Positions 1 to 8,520 of a stretch of DNA of 26,952 nt are shown piece after piece (the first letter of the stretch is position 1; each line of letters opens with the position of its first letter). The notes beneath the pieces are model-generated. The model was not told the origin of the DNA, did no database searches, and saw only the letters and a list, made by a program, of their open reading frames with translations. The position numbers and the translations under genes were made by a program. The DNA is from Elainellaceae cyanobacterium (GTDB lineage: Bacteria > Cyanobacteriota > Cyanobacteriia > CAZCXK01): positions 1 to 26,952 of the forward strand of contig JBNPEG010000111.1 of the NCBI GenBank assembly GCA_051117555.1, given 5' to 3'.

Positions 1-55
1 GCATCCTGTCCAACAGTTGGTAAATTAGCTCTTGGGCGTGGGCAAGGATCTTCAT
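1..55 (-). CDS. Transposase N-terminus (partial): MKILAHAQELIYQLLDRM...
   Basis: Manual translation from ATG at 55 (minus strand). It resembles the 'ILAHAQxLVYxLLxLMP' start of a common cyanobacterial transposase. Only 18 codons are visible. Confidence 0.7.
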   Translation of the reverse strand, partial: MKILAHAQELIYQLLDRM

Positions 56-123
56 GAGACTTGCAATTTATTGGTTCCACGCCCTTTTTTCTCATTCCTG
101 CTGCCTAGGTGCAAGATATGAGT
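1..123 (-). mobile_element. Left end of an insertion sequence (DDE transposase, IS4/IS701-like), continuing off the window edge
   Basis: On the minus strand the segment starts ACTCATATCTTGCACC (108-123), which resembles cyanobacterial IS terminal repeats. A transposase-like start follows at 55. The Fic reading frame is cut at this boundary (TGA 119-121). Confidence 0.75.
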
Positions 124-1078
124 CTATAAATATTGTCCACCAGAGCAAGTTGCATCAGAAATGGACAGATTAATTGACTTACATCATCAGCATACAGAAT
201 GCCAAATACTTCCAGAAATTGAGGCTGCTTGGCAACATCATCGATTTACTCAAATTCATCCATTTCAAGATGGTAATGGCAGAGTTGCGAGATGCCTTGC
301 GAGTCTTGTTTTTATTCAATCTAGATGGTTTCCTCTTGTTCTTACTCGTGATGATAGAGTGGCGTACATTAAAGCTTCTGAGGAAGCTGATAGAGGTGAT
401 TTATCATTTCTAATAAATTTATTTGCCAAACGTCAAAAGCAAGCTTTTATTCGTAGTCTTGGATTGTCAGAACAAATTTTATCTGAGGCAAGACGAGCTC
501 AAGTTGTTATTGCTTCAATTGCAGATAAACTGAAGCAGAATATTTCAGCTTCTATTAAAGAGCGCTGCCAGCACGCTGAAACTTATGCTGATCGATTGTT
601 TGATATTGCTTCAGAACGTCTTCAAAGTATTTCTGACGAGATCAAGATATCCTTACAAGATCTAATCAGTGAGCCTCAAGTTTTTACAATAGAAGCCCCT
701 TCCGATGGAAGCAAGTCTTATTATCATCGTTATCAAATCGTAGAAACTGCAAAGCAACTGGGGTACTTTGCTAATATTCGTCCCTACCATAAGTGGATTC
801 AGTTAGTTATTAGCTTAGAGTCATCAACGACAATAATCCTATTGTCTTTTCATGTCCTTGGTCATGAATATAGGGGGTTGCTAGTTTGTTCCGCGTGTGC
901 ATATCACAAAGACGATTCGGAAGAAGGTGAAAGCAACATCAATGATATCCAGGCTTTGACTGATTCGCTCTTTCAATTTTCTTACGCCGATGATGGGGAT
1001 CGAGTAGTGAATCGCTTCAAGCAATGGTTGGAGGATGTAATAGTTACCGGTTTGGAATATTGGAATAAAAGCCTCTAA
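122..1078 (+). pseudogene. Fic-domain protein, 5'-truncated by the IS
   Basis: Canonical motif HPFQDGNGRVAR. The frame is open upstream of ATG 161 (VYKYCPPEQVASEMDRL, typical mid-Fic sequence) back to the IS end. AT-rich, no HIP1 site. Confidence 0.85.
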
Positions 1079-1124
1079 TATTTTTCAGGCTTGGAATAGT
1101 TTAAAGCCTCTCTTGCTTGAAGTT

Positions 1125-1213
1125 GCATGACAAACTGCTTGCACCCGACCGCCTAAAAAGCTGTGTGCTGAGTGTTTGAATTAATTTGTAACGGTTGAAG
1201 CAGGACGTTAACG
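1125..1213 (+). other. Degenerate attC-like integron cassette recombination site
   Basis: R'' GCATGAC (1125-1131), 5 nt, L'' GCTTGCAC (1137-1144) ... L' TTGAAGC (1195-1201), 5 nt, R' GTTAACG (1207-1213). L'' has one extra unpaired G relative to L'. R'' has GAC in place of AAC. Confidence 0.6.
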
Positions 1214-1861
1214 CGTTTCTAAGATTTTTTTGACATGCGGCAAGGCGGCTTCAATGTCTTCAGGGCGGGGCATGGTTTGCTGCCAGCTTGCGCGTTGAGC
1301 GAGTTGAGTGGTCCAATTGAAAAGCTTTGGGTAAGCATCCAAGTCAATCCCAAACATGGGCAGCGACGGAATTAACGTACCTGCCACCACCTCAGCCAGC
1401 GTAAATTCTTCACCTGCGATGTATTGATTGTCACCTAACAAGTCTTCGTAAAAATGCAGGATTGTGATAGCGCGCTGACGAGCATTGGTGAGCTGTTGAG
1501 CCTCAACCGGAATGCCAATCATTTGCTTAGTAAGCGGAATCGTTGCAGGCTGAAGCTCATTGACTGCCACCATCTCTGCCATGCGGACGATGGCGATCGC
1601 CTGCGGGTCTTTGGGCATTAGCGGCGGGGAGGGATATTGGGCTTCTAGATAGTCGAGAATCGCAAGGGATTCGATCACTCTCAGCCCATTATCTACAATC
1701 ACTGGAATTCGCTGGAGCGGATTGATATCAGCAAAGTCAGGCTTAAACTGATCGCCATCCAGATTGAGCGGAATCATTTCAAACGGGATTTGTTTCTCAA
1801 TCAACGCCACCCACACGCGACGAACATTGATCGAAATACGGGCACAGTAAAACTTCAGCAT
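1208..1861 (-). CDS. Glutathione S-transferase family protein
   Basis: INPLQRIPVI and ESLAILDYL N-domain motifs; GEEFTLAEV C-domain motif. ATG 1861 preferred over TTG 1885. Confidence 0.93.
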   Translation of the reverse strand: MLKFYCARISINVRRVWVALIEKQIPFEMIPLNLDGDQFKPDFADINPLQRIPVIVDNGLRVIESLAILDYLEAQYPSPPLMPKDPQAIAIVRMAEMVAVNELQPATIPLTKQMIGIPVEAQQLTNARQRAITILHFYEDLLGDNQYIAGEEFTLAEVVAGTLIPSLPMFGIDLDAYPKLFNWTTQLAQRASWQQTMPRPEDIEAALPHVKKILETR

Positions 1862-1987
1862 GGCTTGATCGCTTCTGGTCTTCAATATTCCTTCGTTTGT
1901 GTATCAACACCCCAATCAAAACACTATGATCTCGGCTGACCAAGCTCAATGATGTCATGTTTTTTGCCATCCTGTTACCTAGACCCG

Positions 1988-2470
1988 ATTAATGGCGATC
2001 GCCCAACATGCCAGTGCGATGACTCGACATGTTATGGCGATCGCGCGACTTACCAATGCGATCGCCCAACATGCCAGTGTGATGCCTCGACATGCCAATG
2101 TGATGCCTCGACATGCCAATGTGATGCCTCAACATGCCAATGCGATCGCTCAACACGTTAATGCGATGGCTCAACATGTTAATGTGATGCCTCGACATGC
2201 CAATGCGATCGCTCAACACGTTAATGCGATCGCTCAACACGTTAATGCGATCGCTCAACACGTTAATGCGATCGCTCAACATGTTAATGTGATGCCTCAA
2301 CATGTTAATGTGATGCCTCAACATGTTAATGTGATGCCTCAACATGTTAATGTGATGCCTCAACATGTTAATGTGATGCCTCAACATGCCATTGTCATAG
2401 AGAAACATCGAATGATCATGGCTCAACATTTGAATGTGATTGATGACAATTCAATGATGATGACTTGCAA
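1988..2470. repeat. Tandem array of 23 x 21-bp units (19 well conserved, 4 degenerate)
   Basis: Units such as TGTTAATGTGATGCCTCAACA (5 consecutive copies), CGTTAATGCGATCGCTCAACA (3 consecutive) and TGCCAATGTGATGCCTCGACA. No indels. 8 units contain HIP1. Confidence 0.97.
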
Positions 2471-2595
2471 TGCCTCTGCATGCCCAACACAGGGATTGCG
2501 TTTGCTCAACCTGCTCCAGTTGCTACACAAGAATTGCGTTTGCTTCGCACACCCTCAACTAACTGGCGATCGCCCACAACTAGATATCAAACAAG

Positions 2596-2727
2596 TCAAG
2601 ACTTCAGAAATTCAGCATGGCGAAGAGGGTGAGCAAGTCCGCGAAACTTCACGCGAACCGAGATTTCTGTTGTCTCTTGATTTTGAGAAGTAGGTTGATA
2701 AAGTAAACCGCGATATTGAAGAATCAT
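2596..2727 (-). CDS. Small DUF4278-domain protein, 43 aa (MILQYRGLLYQPTSQNQETTEISVRVKFRGLAHPLRHAEFLKS)
   Basis: Manual translation. AAGGAG ribosome-binding site 6 nt before ATG. Two (Y/F)RG motifs (LQYRG, KFRG) typical of DUF4278. Confidence 0.8.
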   Translation of the reverse strand: MILQYRGLLYQPTSQNQETTEISVRVKFRGLAHPLRHAEFLKS

Positions 2728-2944
2728 GGGGTGCTCCTTTGATGAATGTCAGAGTTGATTTTCTGGAGAATGACTTCAGAATAAGGAGCGATCGAGAAGA
2801 AGTCGGGAATAGCCAAATTGCTTGACGTAAAAGATTTTTGCTTTGCTCATGCCCACTCACAGAGTGTCGGAAATTGGGGATTGAACGAATCAATGAGTTG
2901 CGCGATGATTTTGTGCCGAATTGAGCGATCGCCTATTGCCACAA

Positions 2945-3286
2945 CAGTCAAGCGATCGCATGTCGCTCGACCGATTGGAGTTTGACCTCGAATCACTAAA
3001 CCACCTTCTTCCCAAGCGAAATGCTCATTCCACTGATGTATCCGTGGATTAAACAATTCAGTAGAAACTTGAGATTCTGGTTCAATTCCTTTTGTGAAGT
3101 TATAACGATAGCTATTACATCGCTGACAAGCCAAAGCCAAATTTTCAAAGGTATCTAGTCCACCGAGCGATCGTGGCTTAAATCGTGGCTTAAATCGTGG
3201 CTTACTATGATCAATCTCAAAACGTGCTGCACTAGCTTCTTCTGGTGGCAATATTCACACAAATAGTTGGCTCTAAGAGCCGACAT
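2945..3286 (-). pseudogene. HNH endonuclease pseudogene
   Basis: RANYLCEYCH in one frame, then a frameshift near 3245 to PEEASAARFEIDH..PRSLGG..ENLALACQRCN..LFNPR..W.EHF.W..GRATCDRL. Internal 12-bp triplication; the usual C-terminus is absent. Confidence 0.85.
3170..3204. repeat. 12-bp tandem triplication ATCGTGGCTTAA inside the HNH pseudogene
   Basis: Read directly; encodes KPRFKPRFKPR. Confidence 0.95.
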
Positions 3287-3343
3287 ACCGACGCCGCACC
3301 TGACACCACCTGACTTGAATAAGTGCCCACTGTCTACTATTCG

Positions 3344-4450
3344 TTAGCGGGCTCCGTTCAAGACTGCTTCCTCATCGGGGTCAGCGACACCAAACACCTG
3401 ACTAAAGACCTTCATCACCTTATAGCCCGAATCGATAGACTCCAGCGGATCTTTCCGCAGGCGATGACGGAGACACAGCACCACAACCCGGCGAATATCA
3501 TCAACCGTGGCTTCCGTTCGTCCTTCAAGGGCAGCTAAGGCTTTTGCGGCTCGATTGATCACAATGTCTCCTCGCAGACCATCCACATTCAGCTCAGAAC
3601 ATACTTGCGAAATGTGAACCCGCAGTTCGTAGTCCATCGTGACAGACTTGAGCAACTGCTGCGCGTTGACGATTTGCTCTTGAAGATCTTTTTGCTGGGG
3701 GGCGTACTGTTTGACATAAACCTTTGGCTCTTGATCAAACTCGGTTCTTTCTTCCACAATCTTGACGCGCAGATTTGGATCTTTGACCGTGTGAATTTCT
3801 GCGTGCATCCCAAAGCGATCGAGAAGCTGAGGACGTAGTTCTCCTTCTTCGGGATTACCCGAACCCACTAAGACGAAGCGCGCTGGATGGCGGATAGAAA
3901 TGCCTTCCCGTTCGACGACATTCCAGCCGGATGCAGCGGAGTCGAGCAACACATCCACAAGGTGATCATCGAGCAGATTCACCTCATCGACGTAAAGAAT
4001 GCCGCGATTAGCTTGCGCGAGTAGCCCGGGTTCAAATGCTTTAACCCCTTCGGCCAGAGCTTTTTCAATATCAATCGTGCCACAGACTCGGTCTTCGGTG
4101 GCGCCGAGGGGCAGGTCGATCATCGGCACTTTTTTGTGGGCGACGGGAATGTCGTCTCCTTGGACGAGGCGATCGCGCACACCATCACTCATCAAATCAG
4201 GATCGCTGGGATGACTATTAAATGGATCATCAGCAACCACATCAATAGCGGGCAGCACGTCTGCCAATGCGCGAATTGTAGTGGATTTTCCGGTGCCGCG
4301 ATCGCCCATGATCATCACCCCACCAATTTTGGGGTCGATCACATTGAGCAACAGCGCAAGCTTCATTTCCTCCTGTCCAACGATGGCGGTGAAGGGGAAA
4401 ACGACACGGCGAGTAGTAGAAGATGGATTGGCTGCAACAGTAGAAATCAC
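3344..4450 (-). CDS. chlI: Magnesium chelatase subunit I (AAA+ ATPase)
   Basis: [13 protein letters not shown], Walker [40 protein letters not shown]. Confidence 0.98.
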   Translation of the reverse strand: MISTVAANPSSTTRRVVFPFTAIVGQEEMKLALLLNVIDPKIGGVMIMGDRGTGKSTTIRALADVLPAIDVVADDPFNSHPSDPDLMSDGVRDRLVQGDDIPVAHKKVPMIDLPLGATEDRVCGTIDIEKALAEGVKAFEPGLLAQANRGILYVDEVNLLDDHLVDVLLDSAASGWNVVEREGISIRHPARFVLVGSGNPEEGELRPQLLDRFGMHAEIHTVKDPNLRVKIVEERTEFDQEPKVYVKQYAPQQKDLQEQIVNAQQLLKSVTMDYELRVHISQVCSELNVDGLRGDIVINRAAKALAALEGRTEATVDDIRRVVVLCLRHRLRKDPLESIDSGYKVMKVFSQVFGVADPDEEAVLNGAR

Positions 4451-4556
4451 GGAGCTACCTGAAACCTAACACAACGTTAACGACTGTTTTTCATTGTGAC
4501 ACACTGTGCGAAGCGAAATATAATGCCTGTGTCGAGTCAAAAATATCATTGAGATT

Positions 4557-5381
4557 ATGGTGCAGGCTCCAATTCCGGTCGTTGTAAACGGCGCAGCAGG
4601 CAAGATGGGACGCGAAGTTGTAAAAGCTGTGTCCCAGGCTGACGATATGACGTTGGTTGGAGCCGTTGAGCGCAATCCTGACTACAACGGTCAAGATATC
4701 GGCGAAATTATCGGATGTGGTCCGCTAGAGATTCCGATCACCAATGACTTGCAAGCGACGTTGGTGATGGCGCTTCAGGAAAAAGAATTGGGCGTCATGG
4801 TCGATTTTACGCATCCCCGTTCCGTGTATGAGAACGTTAGAACGGCGATCGCCTACGGAATTCGCCCCGTTGTCGGCACGACTGGACTGAACCTCGATCA
4901 AGTTCAAGATTTGGCAGACTTTGCCGAAAAAGCCAGCACCGGATGTCTGATTATTCCCAACTTCTCGATTGGCATGGTGCTTCTGCAACAGGCGGCTGTG
5001 CGTGCCTCTCAATACTTTGACCACGTTGAGATTATTGAATTGCACCACAACCAAAAAGCCGATGCACCCAGCGGCACCGCCATTAAAACCGCTCAGATGC
5101 TCGCAGAATTTGGCAAACCCTATAATCCGCCATCAGTCGAGGAAACTGAAAAGCTCTCAGGTGCCCGAGGTGCGCAAGCCGATGATGGCATCCGCATTCA
5201 TAGCGTCCGGTTGCCGGGGTTAATTGCTCATCAAGAGGTGATTTTTGGCGCACCGGGACAAATTTATACGCTAAGACACGATACGAGCGATCGCTCATGC
5301 TACATGCCCGGTGTTTTGCTGGCAATTCGACAGGTGACTCAGCTCAAATCATTAGTCTATGGGTTAGAGAAATTACTCTAA
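4557..5381 (+). CDS. dapB: 4-hydroxy-tetrahydrodipicolinate reductase
   Basis: [35 protein letters not shown]. Confidence 0.98.
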   Translation: MVQAPIPVVVNGAAGKMGREVVKAVSQADDMTLVGAVERNPDYNGQDIGEIIGCGPLEIPITNDLQATLVMALQEKELGVMVDFTHPRSVYENVRTAIAYGIRPVVGTTGLNLDQVQDLADFAEKASTGCLIIPNFSIGMVLLQQAAVRASQYFDHVEIIELHHNQKADAPSGTAIKTAQMLAEFGKPYNPPSVEETEKLSGARGAQADDGIRIHSVRLPGLIAHQEVIFGAPGQIYTLRHDTSDRSCYMPGVLLAIRQVTQLKSLVYGLEKLL

Positions 5382-5604
5382 GTGATCCAGAAGTGATCCA
5401 AGACGAATGCAGCATCGCCCCATATGATAGTTTTCAATGTCGTCATCTTTTTAGACAAGTTTTTAGACAAGCACGAAAAGAGTCTGGCAGTTACGGATGT
5501 TTCGCGGCTTTTCGTAGAGCCAACTGCGATTATGCAACTGCGATTATGAAACCAGAGGTGCGATCGCGGACTCTCTCAGACTTAATTCTCTCTCAGACTT
5601 AATT
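5380..5604. repeat. Cluster of four unrelated short tandem duplications
   Basis: AAGTGATCCA(G/A) x2 (5380-5401), TTTTTAGACAAG x2 (5448-5471), CAACTGCGATTATG x2 (5521-5548), CTCTCTCAGACTTAATT x2 (5571-5604). Confidence 0.92.
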
Positions 5605-6204
5605 GTGTAATCTAAAGTTTGAGAACCAAGCTTGAGAACTTGCAGAAGCAGGTCTTGTTTCTATGACGGGGCTTCGCAAGCGACATACATCGCATCGTCT
5701 CTACCAAGAGAATTTTAGTCTCCAAGGTAACAAAAACGGGACCTTTAAACCATCTTCTAACCTCTGAATTGGATCAAATTGGCAATTCCGCGTCTGAAAT
5801 TATTTCAATAGCTTCTCTAAAAAGGCAGCAAATTCTATACGGTTACCCTTGAAATTTGAGATCATTTCTCCCCTCATATAGAAGATTGATGCGATCTATC
5901 CGAATATTTATGGGTAAAATTTTTGATAAATCGAAGCAATTTGGAAGGCGAAGAATAGACTCGAGGCGCAATTTGCCCTCCTTGACGAGAAATTATAGAT
6001 TGAGCCTGGGTTCTCAGCTTTCTCGGATTAGGTGGAATGCTTCGATCGCATGTCCTTTGTTGGGCTACTGATAGCGCTGCACGGGGTTGATTTGGCCTCA
6101 AGTCCGCCATATGCAGCAGTTGATGAATAGATACTTGAGTTAATCTCGTCTATTATCTTGGAAATATTTCAATCGAATTCGTTTTAAGAGAATGCTTTAA
6201 AGGT

Positions 6205-6295
6205 CACATTTGGCATTCTGAGAGCAGTGACGCAAAGCGAGGAATCTCGGTTCGGCACATTCAGGCTGAGATACCCTCTGGGCATAGCTGCATTA
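6205..6295 (+). promoter_or_regulatory. Possible degenerate c-di-GMP-I (GEMM)-like riboswitch upstream of pilM
   Basis: GGCA, a short hairpin with GAGA loop, GACGCAAAGC (6229-6238), then a second hairpin GAGG-A-ATCTCGG...CTGAGAT-AC-CCTC. Lacks the full GGCAAA and a normal-length first stem. Confidence 0.3.
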
Positions 6296-6591
6296 ACATT
6301 CGAGGAGTGACTGTTTTTTATAAAAATCTTGCTTTTAATTCGAGGTCATCTTAATTTTATAGATGTCTCGTGAATGATGAGAATCTTTCCTCAGGGTGCT
6401 GGTTTGATATTTCGTTCGCTCAATGTTGTATACGGTTGATCACCTTTTTTAAGGTTTGTGACCATATCGCCAAAGTGGCAATTCTGAATTAAATTGGATA
6501 GCATGCTTAGCAGCATTAGATGCGTCGATTATTTTGTTTCTATTTTTCTCGTCAATCCATTTTCTTAACTTTTGAATAAGCGGGCAAGATT

Positions 6592-7704
6592 GTGGTTGGG
6601 GCTCTAACAGGTTTATTCTCAAAAAAATCGAAAGGGGTGGGCATAGAGTTAACCCCAGAGAGAGTTAATATTGCTCAGCTAAAACGAAAAGGTCAGGCAT
6701 TTCAGTTGGTAAAGTTTGCCTCTGCTGAAGTTCCTGAAGGTGTTTTTCAAGAGGGGCAGATTACCGATGCTCCGACTATGGCTGAGATCATTCAGGCATT
6801 AGTGAATGAAAGCAAGATCAAAGTAAAGTCTGCTGCCACTGCAATTCCAGGAGGTCGGGATACGGTCACGCGAATTATCCCTGTGCCAGCAGAACTCGAC
6901 GATCGGGAGCTTCGAGAAATGGTTCTCAATCAAGAAGCAGGTCTATATTTACCCTTCCCTCGAGAAGAGGCCGATGTCGACTATCAGAAACTTGGCTTTT
7001 TCGTCGATGAGGATGGAATTGAGAAAGTCCAGGTCTTGCTGGTCGCTACTCGCAAAGAAGTGACTAATTCGTATTTGAGCACGTTCCAGCAGGCAGGTTT
7101 GGGAATCGATGTATTAGAAATCAGCAGTTTTTCGCTGATTCGGACGATTCGGGAGCAACTCCGGCAGTTTACGCCGCAAGAGGCTGTTGCAATTGTCGAT
7201 ATCGAATTTGAGAATACCGAGATTTCAATTGTGGTAGACGGCGTTCCTCAGTTTTCTCGAACGGTTCCCATCGGAACGTATCAAATTCAAACGGCGCTGA
7301 GTCGAGCCATGAATCTGCCTCCGTCTCGAAACACGGATTTGCTTCAGGGCATGACGATTCCGGTGACTCCGATGGATAGTGTCGGAATGCCCAAAATGGG
7401 AGGCACCAATCCGGGAACGGCGGCCATGCTCAGAATCGTGGGCGAGCTAGCCGATGAATTGCGTCGTTCGATTGACTTTTATCTCAACCAGGGCGAAAAC
7501 TTGGAGGTTGCTCAGCTTCTATTAGCAGGGCCGGGGGGAGCCATTGGGAAACTCGACGAATTCTTTTCTCAGAGACTAAGTTTGCCTGCAAGCCAGGTTG
7601 ATCCGATTAGCACGATTTCTCTGGATGTCGATGATGATATTCCGGATGTGCAGCGACCCGGCTTGGGCGTGGTGATTGGTTTGGGTCTTCGGGAGGCGTG
7701 GTGA
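6592..7704 (+). CDS. pilM: Type IV pilus assembly protein PilM
   Basis: Actin-like fold motifs GIEL, YLPFPREEADVDYQ, ELRRSIDFY, LAGPGG, IGLGLR; first gene of the pil cluster; GTG start. Confidence 0.96.
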   Translation: MVGALTGLFSKKSKGVGIELTPERVNIAQLKRKGQAFQLVKFASAEVPEGVFQEGQITDAPTMAEIIQALVNESKIKVKSAATAIPGGRDTVTRIIPVPAELDDRELREMVLNQEAGLYLPFPREEADVDYQKLGFFVDEDGIEKVQVLLVATRKEVTNSYLSTFQQAGLGIDVLEISSFSLIRTIREQLRQFTPQEAVAIVDIEFENTEISIVVDGVPQFSRTVPIGTYQIQTALSRAMNLPPSRNTDLLQGMTIPVTPMDSVGMPKMGGTNPGTAAMLRIVGELADELRRSIDFYLNQGENLEVAQLLLAGPGGAIGKLDEFFSQRLSLPASQVDPISTISLDVDDDIPDVQRPGLGVVIGLGLREAW

Positions 7705-7707
7705 TCT

Positions 7708-8520
7708 ATGTATAGTCTAGATATTAATTTTCTCAACGATCGCACAGAAAGGCCGAGTGAGTCGGACATTAGAACCTCTTCCACTGCGGGTGGTAGAGGT
7801 GATAATTTGCCTATCTTTGTAGGGCTTGCGGTGGGTGCGATTCCGCTTGTGTTAGTGATGGCATCGTGGCTGGTTTTGCAAAATCTCAATGCGTCTGCTC
7901 GGCGCGAATCAGCTGAGCTAGACGCTCAGTTAGCTACGCAAACGTCGTTTCAAGCTCAGTTGGCTAGCTTGACCGCCGAAGCCAATCAGGCTGAGGAGGC
8001 GGCTAGGGCGCTTGTAACCGTATTCGATCGAATCAAGCCATGGTCAGCATTGCTGCAAAGTATCCGTGACAGTGTGCCGTCTGGGGTTCAAATCTCGTCT
8101 GTTGAACAGGGTGAAGGCGAGCCTCCCGATCCGCCTACGAATACAGCCGCTGCTACGGATGCAGCCGCTCCCGCACAACCTGAGCCACCACCGATTGTCA
8201 TTAATATTTCAGGGTTTGCGTCGTCCTTTAATGAGGTCAACGATTTTTTGTTGGTGTTGCAGCGATCGCCCTTCTTAGAAGCCGAAGGGACTCGCTTGCT
8301 TAGTGCTCAACTGGCTGATTATCCTGAGCAAATTGAGCTTCCGGATGACGCGCCATCTGGAGTAGAGGTTCGGGTTCCACAAGTTGTCGAGTACAACATC
8401 GAAGCCGAACTGACCGATCTGCCTGCATCAGAACTGCTTCCCGAGTTGGAAAGTACGCTGGCAGTTGGTTTGACATCAAGGATTCAAGCACTTCGGGATA
8501 GAGGAGCCTTTGAACAATGA
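7708..8520 (+). CDS. pilN: Type IV pilus assembly protein PilN
   Basis: N-terminal LDINFL motif, one TM helix, coiled coil, KPWSALLQ, VNDFLLVLQRSPFL. Confidence 0.94.
   Translation: MYSLDINFLNDRTERPSESDIRTSSTAGGRGDNLPIFVGLAVGAIPLVLVMASWLVLQNLNASARRESAELDAQLATQTSFQAQLASLTAEANQAEEAARALVTVFDRIKPWSALLQSIRDSVPSGVQISSVEQGEGEPPDPPTNTAAATDAAAPAQPEPPPIVINISGFASSFNEVNDFLLVLQRSPFLEAEGTRLLSAQLADYPEQIELPDDAPSGVEVRVPQVVEYNIEAELTDLPASELLPELESTLAVGLTSRIQALRDRGAFEQ

Noticed and set aside
1988..2470. CRISPR or other guide-RNA array
   Set aside because: Units are contiguous with no unique spacers, variation is limited to a few alternative blocks, and no cas genes are present.
1989..2693. ORFs 1992-2693 (+, VNVMPQH repeats) and 1989-2429 (-, MLRHHIN repeats) as confident genes
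   Set aside because: Open frames are expected in a 21-bp repeat. There is no RBS or recognisable domain, and the + ORF runs antisense over the DUF4278 gene.
2847..3251. Intact 134-aa HNH protein as given in the ORF track
   Set aside because: The first CxxC is in another frame and the C-terminal ~30 aa are unrelated read-through; treated as a pseudogene.
5856..6110. Short ORFs in the dapB-pilM intergenic region
   Set aside because: No RBS or motifs, and they overlap each other on opposite strands.
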